Assembly (NCBI RefSeq): GCF_963921235.1 | Contig: NC_086108.1 | Location: 6,572,001-6,635,863, forward strand | Length of the DNA: 63,863 nt | From: Mobula hypostoma | Taxonomy: Eukaryota | Direction of reading: 5' to 3' | Shown: positions 22,471 to 35,400 of the stretch, in pieces | Layout: every line of letters starts with the position of its first letter | Numbering within the stretch: position 1 is the first letter of the stretch | Translations under genes and position numbers: made by a program | Notes under the pieces: generated by a model | Told to the model about the DNA's origin: nothing | Seen by the model: only the letters and a program-made list of their open reading frames with translations | Database searches by the model: none

Positions 22471-22814
22471 CAGAGGATTAGGTGTTTTAAATTCCTCCTC
22501 CCTCACGTGTGTTCACTGGAGTTTAGAAGAACGGGAGGAGGTAGGGAAGGTGATACCTCATTGAAATATACTGAATATCGAAAGGCCTTGACAGATGGGG
22601 CTCATCAGCCGTGGTTGGCAGTTCGTCTCGGAGAAGGAAAACTCTGATCTCAAACCTCCTCCGCCCTGCATCTACACCCATTCATGAGGAAGGCTCTGGG
22701 AGTAAACCCCTAGGGAATATCCTGAGCCAGAGTCCTTAAGGTAGTCTTGCAGTGAATTCAACGTTGACTGGCAGTTCCTGCGATGCCACTGGTGCCAAAC
22801 TGGATTGGTCAGTA

Positions 22815-22975
22815 CTGCCGATGTTTCGGGCCGAGACCCCTCGTCAGGACTGACCAAGGGTCTTGGCCCGAAACGTCGACTGTACCTCTTCCAATAGATG
22901 TTGCCTGGCCTGCTGCGTTCACCGGCAACTTTTATGTGTGTTGCTTGAAATTCCAGCATCTGCAGATTTCCTCGT
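22815..22975 (+). mobile_element. Short Penelope-derived insertion with inverted hammerhead-motif pair and 12-bp TSD
   Basis: GATTGGTCAGTA at 22803-22814 and 22976-22987. Internal inverted repeat GATGTTTCGGGCCGAGACCCCTCGTCAG / CTGACCAAGGGTCTTGGCCCGAAACGTC. Confidence 0.8.
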
Positions 22976-23354
22976 GATTGGTCAGTATGGGGTCATCAGT
23001 TCACGGGCAACAGCTTGCTTTCCGTACCATACTGTATCTAGACAGCTAGGACACAATGTCTGACCTAGACCAACAGAGGCCTAAGACAGAGTGGATGTGG
23101 AGAGGATGTTTTCTATGGAGGGGGAGTCTAAGACCAGAGGTCACAGCCTCAGAATACAAGGAATCCTATTTAGATTGGAGATGAGGAGGAATTTCTTTAG
23201 CCAAAGGGCGGTGAATTTGTGGAATTCATTGCCACAGACAGCTGTGGATACCAAGTCATTGGATAGATTTAAGGTGGAAGCTGATAGGTTCTTGATTTGT
23301 CAGTACATCAAAGGTTTTTGGAAGAGGGCAGGAGAATAACGTTGAGAGGGATAA

Positions 23355-24212
23355 CATTGAGAGATTTAGGCCATTTAGAAGAGTGGGCTGAAAGATGGCA
23401 GATGGAGTTTAATGCTGAAAAATGTGAGGTGGTACATTTTGGTAGGACTAATCAAAATAGGACATACATGGTAAATGGTAGGGCACTGAAGAACGCTGTA
23501 GAACAGAGGGATCTAGGAATAATGGTGCATGGTTCCCTGAAGATGGAATCTCATGTGGATAGGGTGGTGAAGAAAGCTTTTGGTATGCTGGCCTTTATTA
23601 ACCAGAGCATTGCGTATAGGAGTTGGGATGTAATGTTGAAATTGTATAGGGCAAATTTGGAGTATTGTGTGCAGTTCTGGTCACTGAATTATAGGAAAAA
23701 CGTCAATAAAATTGAGAGAGTACAGAGGGGGTTTACTAAAATGTTGCCTGGGTTTCATCTCCTAAGTTACAGATAAAGGTTGAACAAGTTAGGTCTTTAT
23801 TCTCTGGAGCATAGAAGGTTGAGGGGGGACTTGATAGAGGTGTTTAAAATTATGAGGGGGATTGATAGAGTTGACGTAGGTAGGCTTTTTCCATTGAGAG
23901 TGGGGAAGATTCAAACAAGAGGACATGAGTTGAGAGTTAAAGGACAAAAGTTTAGGGGTAACATGAGGGGGAACTTCTTCACTCAGAGAGTGGTAGCTGT
24001 GTGGAACGAGTTTCCAGCAGAAGTGGTTGAGGCAGGTTCAATGTTGTCGTTTAAAGTTAAATTGGATAGATATAAGGACAGGAAAGGAATGGAGGGTTAT
24101 GGGCTGAGTGCAGGTCGGTGGGACTAGGTGAGAGTAAGAGTTCGGCACGGAGTAGAAGGGCCGAGATGGCCTATTTCCGTGCTGTAATTGTTATATGGTT
24201 ATATGGTTATAT
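23355..24212 (+). mobile_element. CR1 LINE 5'-truncated copy inserted in the 3' UTR of another CR1 tail
   Basis: ORFs 23297-23776 and 23780-24127 (WAERWQMEFNAEKCEV; FFTQRVVAVWN); (ATATGGTT)n tail. Host CR1 pieces at 22510-22595, 23085-23354 and 24213-24290. Confidence 0.9.
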
Positions 24213-24629
24213 AATAAATCAGCCATGATGGAATGGCAGAGCAGACTTGATGGGACCAATGGCGTAATTCTTATATATCTTATGGTCTTTTGGACTCAGG
24301 AGGGTTTCGAAGCAGAGCCCTCTATCTCAGAGACAGCTGTTTCACCCATTGACCCACAGATGACAATAACAAAACTTCCAAGCAACATTTGTGGTCATTG
24401 ACCTACAAATTTAAGGGCACTAATTCAAATCGTGATGTTACAATGCAATAAGAATTCAAAAGGGCTAGCAACAAGCCAGTATCTATATACCATGCATTTA
24501 CATACCTTGCGTTTACATAGCAATTTACATAGCTTGTATTTACATACCACCTTTAATTTAATAAAATGTTCCTGATTGCTTCCAGAGGAAGTTATCTTAT
24601 AAAACTGTCTGCTGAACTATGTAGAGCTG

Positions 24630-25115
24630 AGCGTCTCTTTAATAAGGGAGGAAGGCAAAAGAAAGGAAATTATCGGCCAGTTAACCTCAACTCAGTGGTT
24701 GGGAAAATGTTGGAATCTATTATTAAGGATAAGATTTTGGGGTACTTGGAGATTAATGATAAAATAAGTCAAAGTCAGCATAGTTTCTGTCAAGGGAAAT
24801 CTTGCCTGACAAATCTGTTAGAGTTCTTCGAGGAAGTAACAAGCAGGGTGGACAAAGGAGAGCCAGTGGATGTCATTTATTTGGATTTTCAGAAGGCATT
24901 TGATAAGGTGCCACACATGAGGCTGCTTAACAAGATAAAACCCTATGGTATTACAGGAAAGATACTGACATGGATAGTGGAATGGCTGACAGGCAGGAGG
25001 CAGCGAGTGGGAATAAAAGGAGCCTTTTCTGGTTGGCTGCCAGTGACTAGTGGTGTTCCTCAGGGGTCAGTATTGGGACCGCTACTTTTCACATTGTTTG
25101 TCAATGATTTGGATA
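24630..25115 (+). mobile_element. CR1 LINE internal RT fragment
   Basis: [31 protein letters not shown] and [22 protein letters not shown]. Confidence 0.92.
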
Positions 25116-27119
25116 TGTAATGTGCAATAATAATGTATGAAATAATAAAACAGACTATGTGTGCTCTCCTGTTGCACAGAGATGAACTGTTGTATATGCT
25201 TATTAAGGCAGCTTTGATGTTGTCGTTTAAAGTTAAGTTGGATAGATATATGGACAGGAAAGGAATGGAAGGTTATGGGCTGAGTGCAGGTCGGTGGGAC
25301 TAGGAGAGAGTAAGAGTTCGGCACGGACTAGAAGGGCAGAGATGGCCTGTTTCCGTGCTGTAATTGTTATATTGCACTTGTTGGAAAGATTTTCTGTAAC
25401 GATCCTTCTGATAGGGGAGCTGAGTGAGTCTCTTCCAAAGGGTGCTCCGCTGCTTATTCAGTAGGTCATGGAGAGGATGTGCCGGATTGTCCATAACATA
25501 GTGACCTCCTCTCCACCACTAACTCAAAATTGTCCGGGTTGTAGCCAAGGACGGATCCAGCCTTTTTGATGAGTTTATTTAGGTTTTTTGCATCACCAGC
25601 ACCGATGCTGCTCCCTCAACATAAAGCTGAAAAGAAGACTGCCACCGCTACAACAGACCAGTTTAAGAGATCTCCAACATCCTGCTGCACGCATTGAAGG
25701 ATCTCAGCTTCCTTCGAAAGTAGAGTCTGCTCATCCCCTTCCTCTGAACAGTCTTGGTGTTGGTTTTCCAGTCAAGTCTTACAGGCAATGACGGGAATCG
25801 ATCCCAGGTCGCTGGTACTGTAGAGTGTCGTGCTAACTGCTACATTACTGTGCAGCAGGATATGTGAAATCTTCAAGGAAGCAGAGTCGGCTCTTTTACA
25901 CGGCCCGGTCCACCCACATGGCTCGAATTCAACTTTACAGTTTGAGATTAATGCCCTCTGATTTGGCCTACTAAACCACTCAGTTGTAACAGAATAAAAA
26001 CAATGTCAGCACAAAACAAGAAGTACTTTTAATCCCTCAGGGGAACTGATGACCAGAACTCAGAGTGGGGCTGCCAGCTTCGCCTGTACCCCAAGGACAA
26101 ATTAAAATTTTAAACATTCTCTGAATTCTTTTCGCATTGTTCCTTTGAGTTAGAAGAAAAGAGCATGGAGCTCTCAGTGAAATTCACCATTCCTTAATGC
26201 ACGTTCACACCTCGTTGCAATCTACAGCTGAAAGGATTTGTTTATTGAGATACAGGCCAGAACAGGCCTTTCCGGCTCTTCAAGCCGCACTACCCTGCAA
26301 TCACACAGTTTGATCACAGGACAATTTACAGTGACCATTTAACCTACTAAATGGTACATCTTTGCAGTGTGGGAGGTGCCCAAAGGCAACCATGCAGTTA
26401 CAAGTAGAACTGGCAGTGGCAGGAATTGAACCCAAGTCACCTGTACTGAAAATCATTGTGCTAACCATTATGCTGCTGTGCAGTGGGACCTGAGCAATTA
26501 GATCAAGGGTTCTTAACCTGGGATCTACTGACTCCTTGGTGGTGTCTCAGCAAGGCAGCGTCCATTATTAAGGACCCCCAGCACCCAGGGCATGCCCCTC
26601 TTCTCATTGCTACCATCAGGGAGGAGGTACAGAAGCCTGAAGACACACACTCAACAATTCAGGAAAAGCTTCTTCCCCTCTGCCATCCGAGTTATAAATG
26701 GACATTCAACTTGTGAACACTACCCCTCTTTTTTTAATATGTATTATTTCTGTTCTTGCACATTTTTCAATATACATATACTCTAACTTATTTATTTATT
26801 CATTCATTCATTCTTTTTCTATATTATGTATTGCATTGAACTGCTGCTGCTAAGTTAACAAATTTCACGACACATGTCGGTGATAATAGACATGATTCTG
26901 ATTCTGATCTTGATTCTCTGGATACATTCCAGGGAAATCCATTAACTTGGATGGGGAAAAAATTACGGCTTTATTTTCAGTAACGTCTAATTTAAAATGT
27001 AACATTTCCTTCAATTATGAATGTAAGTAACTGTGACTTGTCACCAGTAGAAATCACAGAGGTTTTCATATCACATTACTGTAGTTACAAATATCGTTTA
27101 CAACACGCTCATCACTACT

Positions 27120-27525
27120 TTGAATTCAGAAGAATGAGGGGTGACCTCATTGAAAACTATCAAATTCTGAAGGCCTCGACAGAGTGGATGTGGAGAAGAT
27201 GTTTCCTATGGTGGGGGAGTCTAGGCCAGAGGACACAGCCTCAGAGTAGAGGGACGTCCATTTAGAATGGAGATGAGAAGGAAGTTCTTTAGCCAGAGGA
27301 TGGTGAATCGGTAGAATTTGTTGACACAAGCAGTTGTGGAGGCCAAGTCATTGGGCATATTTAAGGCAGAAGTTGATAGATTCTTGATTAGTCAGGGCAT
27401 GAAGGGATACGGGGAGAAGGCAGGAGATTGGGTCTGGGAGGGAAAATGGATCAGCCATGATGAGACGGTGGAGCATACTAGATGGGCCAAATGGCCTAAT
27501 TCTGCTCCTACACCTATGGTCCTAA
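27120..27525 (+). mobile_element. CR1 LINE 3' end
   Basis: EFRRMRGDLIE... and the CR1 3' UTR GGATCAGCCATGATG..GATGGGCCAAATGGCCTAATTCTGCTCCTA. Confidence 0.82.
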
Positions 27526-27759
27526 ACCCCTGAATTAGATGAGCATCTCTTGACCTGTAAATGGCATGCCTAGATATAGCGCAGTATTGCATCTAGTGCA
27601 GCCCCTCTTTCTATGTGTCAATAAGGGATCATTTTAAGGCATAGTCAACAATTCACTATTGCTTTGTCCGGTCGTCTGCATTGGAGCCTCCATACCAGAC
27701 AGGGATGCAACCAATTAGAAAGCTCTCCATGGCACATCCAGAGAAATTTGCCAGAGCCT

Positions 27760-28630
27760 TCCTTCCAGTTTAAGATGGCACGACTGAAAGCGAGCGGAAG
27801 CCCACCGGTAATTTGAAAGGCAAGAAACTTGACTAAAAACATTAATAATAAGACCTTCCCTTAAGCAAATCGTGGTAAACTATCAGCACAAACAATGAAG
27901 AGGTGAGGGAAAAGGAAACGAGTTCGAGGGACGAGCCGTGCTGGTGCGTTGCAAAATTGACACGGATGGAGTGAGCGGTTCTGGGAGGAGGAGTTGAGGC
28001 AGAAGAGTTTCGATGCCCGCCCGACTAACCCAGGTGCAAGGCTGGATTGCCCTCTGCACCAAGCCAATTTGGAGTGGTGGAGAACGGCTTCCGGCTGGGT
28101 AGCAAGAGCTATCCCAGAGCGAATCGTTAGGCAGTGTGGTCGGGGCCCAGGTCCTAATGAGAGGAATGATCCATTGTTTGGACGATTTAAACACGGGCCC
28201 AGAAAGACTGGAAAGGCAAGCTGTCGGGACTGGAGGCGGGAGTCAGGCCGATTTTGCTCGCTCTCCCGCGATGTTCACTCCTCTCTCCGTGGCGCTGAGA
28301 CCGTGAGACTGCCATGGCTGCTGTTCTTTGTGCCTGCGAGCTTCGTGGTGATTGCTCCACTAATATGATGAACCGACACTGAGGCTCGGACCCACTACGG
28401 GCTCCTCTGGGGAATCCGATCTCTGGACTCAATGTAGTTCAGAATGCTGTTTCTCGCTTCTATTGTTCCCATGATTTGTGATTTTTTTCCTCTTTCTCTG
28501 CGCATGGAGGGTGGGTCTTTTTTTAAGTTAGGTTCTTTCAGGTTTCTTGCTCTATGGCTGCCTGTAAGCAGACAAATCTCAAGGTTGTACAATTTATACA
28601 TTCTTTGATAATAACTGTACTTTGAATCTT
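27760..28630 (+). mobile_element. Non-autonomous element with a GC-rich body and Rex-type tail, inserted into a minus-strand Rex fragment
   Basis: Host sequence GAAATTTGCCAGAG|...|TTTGGTGACATACCAAATCTCC is split. The insert begins near AAGATGGC and ends CTCAAGGTTGTA..ATAATAACTGTACTTTGAA. Confidence 0.55.
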
Positions 28631-28885
28631 TGGTGACATACCAAATCTCCTCAAACTCCTAATGAAGTGGAGCCACTGGTGTGTCTTCTTCATGACTGCA
28701 TGCCAGAGTCTACTCTTGTCTTCTTGCTCAGGAGAAAGAAACTCCTGGCTCATCTCTGAGAGTCACATAGACATTGGCATCTCTCTGGGGTCTATCCTGG
28801 GCCAAAATATCGATGCAGCTACAAAGAAGGCACAACAGTGGCTATATTTCATTTGGAGTTTGAGAAGATTTGCTGCATCACCAAT

Positions 28886-29216
28886 ACATAGTCATACTTT
28901 ATTGATCCCGGGGGAAATTTGGTTTTCTTTACAGTTGCACTATAAATAATTAAATAGTAATATGTGAATTATGCCAGGAAATAAGTCCAGGACCAGCCTA
29001 TTGGCACAGGGTGTCTGACCCTCCAAGGGAGGAGTTGTAAAGTTTGATGGCCACAGGCAGGAATGACTTCCTATGATGCTCTGTGCTGCATCTCGGTGGA
29101 ATGAGTCTCTGGCTGAATGTACTCCTGTGCCCACCCAGTACATTATGTAGTGGATGGGAGACATTGTCCAAGATGGTGTGCAACTTAGACAGCATCCTCT
29201 TTTCAGACACCACCAT
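28886..29216 (-). mobile_element. Young Rex1/Babar-type 3' end nested in an older plus-strand Rex fragment (28770-29575)
   Basis: Near-identical to 18505-18956; the host sequence resumes on both sides. Confidence 0.82.
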
Positions 29217-31879
29217 CTGACAAATTTCTACAGATGTGGAGAGCATTCTGACTGGCTGCTTCACTCTCTGGAAAGGAGGGGTAGGGTCATGGCACAGGAT
29301 TGAAATAAACTTTAGAGAGTCGTAAACCCAGTGACCTCCATCATGGAGATTAGCCTCCATAGTATCCAGGATATCTTCAAGGAGCGATGCCTCAAAAAGG
29401 TGGTATCCATCATGAAGGACCCCCATCACCCAGGTCATACCCTCTTCTCATTGTGACCATCAGGAAGGAGGTACAGGAGCCTGAAGGCGCACACTCAGTG
29501 ATTCAGGAACAGCTTCTTCCCCTCTGTCATCAGATTTCCGAATGAAAATTGAACCCATGAACACTACCTTATTGAACCTTTCCTTATAAGGGTCAGGCCC
29601 TGGAAATATCCTTGTAAATTTTCTCAGTACTCATTCAACCTTATTTACATCTTTCCCGTAGGTGGAGATTGATGGGCCAGATGGCCTCCTTTATTCAAAA
29701 TCATTTACGTATCATCAAGATATACAATGAAATGTGTCACTTGTGTTAACGACCAACACAGCCTAAGGATGTGCTGGGGGCAGCCGGCAAGCATTGCAGC
29801 ACGTTATGGCAGCGACTTAGCATGCTCACGGTGTTTAGTACAACACAAACAACAGCAATAACGCAATAAACAAAGGAACAGCAACAAAACAATACCCTTA
29901 CCACCCCCCACTCAAGAACACAGACAGGCCTCCAACTCCAAGACAGGCCGCCTCCAGTAGACTAGCGGACTTGCAGACTGACAGACTTCCTGCCTCCAAC
30001 CTCTGAACATACTGACCCCAAGCTTTGATTTGTGTGAAAAATTGGAAAGGGTTTCTAGTTTTTGTGGATGAACATCACCGAGGAGCTCCCTTGGTCTATC
30101 AACACAACCTCGACAGCAGGGAGACACAGCCGTGATCATAGTACCAGAGGTGCTTAAGGAGATCTAATCTGCCCTAAAAATTGCTGGCCACCTTTGATCG
30201 ATGTGTGACAGAGAGCATACCGACATAGGGAATGACATGTGGGACTGTAGCTGCAGCAAGACAGATCAGAAAGCACTCCAGCGGGTGATCAGGACGGCTC
30301 AGCACCTCGTTGAGACTCAAATACCAGACTCGGAGACAATCTACAACAACTCTCGATGCCTATGGCAACTTGTAACGTCACAAAAGACCCGTCCCAACCC
30401 AGGCACTGTCTGTTCAATCTCCTGCCATCTGGTAGGAGATACAGAAACATCTCAGCCAAGACAGTAAGACTGAAAAACAGCTTCTTCCTGAGGGCTGTTC
30501 TGCAGCTGAATAACGCTACACCCCGGCTTGCCAATGGCCTCTGAGTGTTACGGACTGTCAAAGACACTTGTTGCTTGTAAATATGGGAATTTTAAAAATT
30601 AAGCCGTACCGCATGGATTGTAAATGTCTGTTTTGCATGGACTGGAGTAGCACCACAACCTCGTTGTTTTGAGCAATGACAATGAAGTTCTATTCTATAT
30701 TAAAGATTCAAGATTCAAAGTAGATTTATTATCATAGTAAGTGTGCGGTACACAGCCCTGACATTCATCTTCCCCACAGACATCCACAAACAAAGAAACA
30801 CCATGGAACCAACCCATTTATGGAAAAACATCAAACTTCAATGCCCCTCCCCTCACACGCAAATACCAGCAAAAAAAAGGAGTGAAAACACAGAATACAA
30901 AACCCAAAATCAAAAGGCATATTTCAGTACAGTTCAGCTCAGTGTTCACTACCTGCAGGCTGCCCCAATTCAAAAATAGCCCAAAGGTAGAAAGGAACTA
31001 TGAAATAGATCATTGCGCTGTTGAGGAATGAACGTCAGCCCGAATACCAGATCTCACTGATCTCCTGTCTTCAAAGGTTCTAAGATTCACTTATTATCGA
31101 AGTATGTCTTCAAAGCGTACAACCCTGAGATTCATCTTCTCCAGATAGCCATGAAACAAAGAAAACCATGGAAGTCGCTCCTAGAAAAACATCAAACCCA
31201 CCCTCTGCACAAAAACGAATGGCAACACAATTAATGCCTCGCACAAAACACAACAAAACATGAACTCCCAAACCCCTTCCCCCAGCACATAAAAAACCCT
31301 TCCTTCGCACAAAAAAACAAGAAAGAACGGGTGAAAACACAGTATATAAAAACCATAAGACCGGAAAAGTCCACAGTCCATAAATGCAATAGTCCAAATC
31401 CATAAACACAGAACCTCAGTACAACCCCCAACATCGTCAAAAGAGAGAGCCATCACTTGGACGCAGAGGGCTATCCTCTGGCAACAACAGGGCACCACAC
31501 CAACTCCTTCACAGGCAGCAGAGGGATCCCATCAGCAGTCAAAGGGCAGGCAGTCGATGCTTAACCCTGGCTTGCCTTCCAATGTAGAGTCTTGATGTAT
31601 AGTTTCAACGCAAAACGTTGACAATTTCTACCCCTCCCCCCCCGTAGTGCCCTCCACAGGTTCTGCTCAACTTGATGAGTTCCTCCAGCAGATTGTATAC
31701 TGCTTCATATTCCAGCAACTGCAGTTCCTCATATCTCTCTGAATGAATTAGTTGGGACATGGAACATAAGTACAAGGAAGTTATGGTCCAACATTATAAA
31801 ATGTTGATTCACCCATAGCTGGAGTACTGTGTATCGTTCAGGTCACTGCTCTGTAGGGACTAAAACATACAAGTGAATA

Positions 31880-32415
31880 TGTAATGTTGAGGCACTGGTG
31901 AAGAGTTTTGAGCCCCTTATCTAAGAAAGGATGTGCTGACATTGGAGAGGTTTCAAAGGAGGTTCACGAAAAATGATTCCGGGACTGAAAGGCTTGTCAT
32001 CCGAGGAGCAGTTGATATCTCTGGGCCTGTACTCACTGGAATTCAGAAGAAGGAATGACCTCCTTAAGACCTATAGAATATTGAAAGGCCTCGATAGAGT
32101 GGATGTGGAGAGGATGTTTCCTATGGTGGGGGAGACCGTGACTAGAGGACGTAGCCTCAGAATAGAGGGGTGTCCTTTTAGAACAGAGATGAGGAGGAAT
32201 TTCTTTAGCCAGAGAGTGGTGAATCTGTAGAATTCGTTGCCACAGACAGCTGTGGAGGTCAAGACATTAGGAGTATTTAAGGGAGAGGTTGATAGATTCT
32301 TGGTTGGTCTGGGCATGAAGGGATGCAAGGCAAAGGCAAGAGATTGGGGCTGAGAAGGAAGATGGATCAGCCATGATGAAATGGCGGAAATGGCCTGACT
32401 CTACTCCTATATCTT
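31880..32415 (+). mobile_element. CR1 LINE 3' end
   Basis: ORF 31973-32230 reads LGLYSLEFRR..LDRVDVERMFP..RNFFSQRVVNL. Confidence 0.85.
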
Positions 32416-35400
32416 GCATTATCATGGAAAGGACACGAGAAAAGTGTGCAAAGGAAATTTATCACGATCTTCATGTTATGAGGAGGGACTGGATAAGATG
32501 TGCTTGTTTACTGCAGAGTATAGAATGCTAAGGAATTAAATTCAATTCAATTGAAGTTTAATTGTCATTCAACCATACATGAATACAGCCAAATGAAACA
32601 GCATTACTCTGGGGCCATGGTACAAAACACAGTAACAACCGTCACACACAGCACAAAGCACACATAGCACGTATAAGATAGCAAGCACATGTAAGATACA
32701 GCTATGCAAAAAAAAGCAGTCCAGACCTGAGTCCATGAATGCAGCAGCAATCTGCAGTGGACCACAATACAACCCGTCTTCTTCCCAGTGAACACTGGGG
32801 ACAGCACCGACCCCAGCCCGAACACCAGGTAAATTAATCACTTATTTACTGCCTGTTGCGATGTCAGTCATATGCAAGTCCTGGGTGGAGACTCAGGAAT
32901 ACTGTCACACGCAGATGTAGGGTTCTTCATTGCTGTTCGCGTAACAATTTTGTTTGACCAGTCAGGATTGTTAGCCCTGAGCTTGAACCCGAGAACCTGG
33001 AGGACCGGTGGACCACTCTTAGCCTGACCTCTACCCTTTGACCTGTTTGGCATGGGTGACCCTACCAAGGGCCAAAGCACAAGGTCCTATCTCCAGCCAA
33101 CATAGCTCTCCGGGTCATTGAAGCACACAAGCCTCCAAACCATAAGGCAAGGTTGTGGTCGTCTTGGAGCAGTAGGTTAATTAGTCATTGTAAATTGTCC
33201 TGTGATTAGACTAGGGTTAAATATGTGGGTTGCTGGGACGCCGGAAGGAACTGTTCCGCAATGTAGCTCTAAATAAATAAATAATAAATCTATTTCAAAC
33301 AACATAGCAGAGGAGGTCAGAGGTTTACAGTAAGAATCAAGAGGCTTGAGAAGGATCCAAAGAGGAATTTTCTCACTGAGAGGGGAGCTAGAAGCCGGAA
33401 TACACTTCCTGAGTCAGAGACTCTCACTATTTAGAGAGATTCCCTTTATTTTTCATATGTACAGTGAAATATATGTTGTTTCACATCGACGACCAACACA
33501 GTCCAAAGATTGTGCGCTGGGGGGGGGGCAGCCCACAAGTTTTGCCCTGCTTCCGGCATCAACATGGCATGCCCACAACATATAACTGCCGAGAGGAATG
33601 CCAGGGTCTCCCCCCACCCCATTTGTGACATTTACTGGGAGCGTTGTATGTGAACAGCAGAATCTGAGGCATTGTTGAGAATCCCTATCACCCACCCCAT
33701 GATCTCTTTCATCCACTACCATCAGGAGGAAGGTACAGACGTATCAGGACTGGGCCTGCCAGGCCAGACCACACTTCATTCCTCAGGTTGAGAGGCTAAT
33801 GGACACCCTGCCACCACTGAGGTCCTGGCACCAGGACGGTGAGCTGCTTACTGCTAACTTCTAGGGTGTATGGGGTGTCCAGGGAGGGCTAGCACCTCTG
33901 GTGAAGGGGCTTGCTGTGTCCAGTCCCGGGAGCTTGCTCACTTTTGGTCCCCACCGAACACTCAGCTCTCACCTGTGGCTCCAAGTAACTATTTACACGC
34001 GACAGCAGCCACACCCCCCAGTATACCACTTCGACAGCTGGGATAAACCAGGTGAGGGTAACCGGCAGCCTCGTACCTGGTGAGATAGGGACACGCCCGT
34101 CCCAGCGTGCGGTCAGTTCCCGCGGACTGGGCGGGTGAGATCTCCAGTGAGTTCCAACAGACAGGAAAGTGGTGCTGCAACGGTCTATGTAGAGCCAAGG
34201 ACATGACAAGGCACAGAGGACATCATGGTCATCCAATGCACCCTAGGAAGATCCCAGTTTGTGACCCTTGTTCATACCCCTGGACCTGGACTTCTGAGGT
34301 CAAGAGAGTGGAACTGCCCCGGTGAAACGATTTTTCTAGTTTAAAAGCTCTCCCGCATAGGTTTTCTCTCATCGTCGGACACAATGGGCAACAATCACTG
34401 TTAACCTGTGCACCACATGCATTTTCAATGATATTTTATTAACTTATTAATGGTAATATTTTGTTTTACATGCTGTGTGTGATATATGTTTTGTGTGTGC
34501 TCCATGGTCCGGAGGAACATTGTTTTGTTTGGTTGTATCTATGTACAGTCAGAGGACAATAAACTTGAACTTGTACTACTAACTGAGATGCAACACAGAG
34601 CGTCATAGGAAGTCATTCCCGCCTGTGGCCATCAAACTTTACAACTCCTCCCTTGGAGGGTCAGACACCCTGAGCCAATAGGCTGGTCCTGGACTTATTT
34701 CATAATTTACTGGCATAATTTACATATTACTATTTAACTATTTATGGTTCTATTACTATTTATTACTTATGGTGCAACTGTAACGAAAACCAATTTCCCC
34801 CGGGATCAATAAAGTATGACTATGAGTATGACTAATTGTAACCATGCGGAGCAGACGGGTCATGGAGACAAGCTCCTTACAGACGGCAGCGGGAATTGAA
34901 CCCCTGTCGGTGGTCATTGGTGTTGTGAGGCAATGGTGCTAACCGCTATGCTACCGTGCCATCCATTTAAGAAGCATTGTTGGTTGGTGGCATCCATTAG
35001 TCTCGTGGGATCATGGATCTGCGCCTGGAAAGTCTCTGTGCTGTCATGGTGAGGCGACGCTGGAGTGTCCTCTCCAGGGCACAGGCCTGGGCAAGTTTGT
35101 ATGGAAGACCGGCAGTTGCCCAAGTAGCAAGTCTCCCCTCTCCACGACACCGATGTTGTCCAAGGGAAGGGCCAGGGCCGATACAGCTTGGCACCAGTGT
35201 CGTCGCAGGAGTTGCCAGAACAAGATTGAAGGCCTTAGGGACTCCAGCTCCGCATTTGTCCTCAGGGTTTACTCCCAAAGCCTCTCCCATGAGTGGGTAC
35301 GGCCGCAAGGCAGCGGAGGTTTGAAATCATTCCATCTAAGAGAGGGAAAAGATTTTCCCTCTCTTAGATGGACTGCCTTCCCAGGCTGATGAGCTCCATC

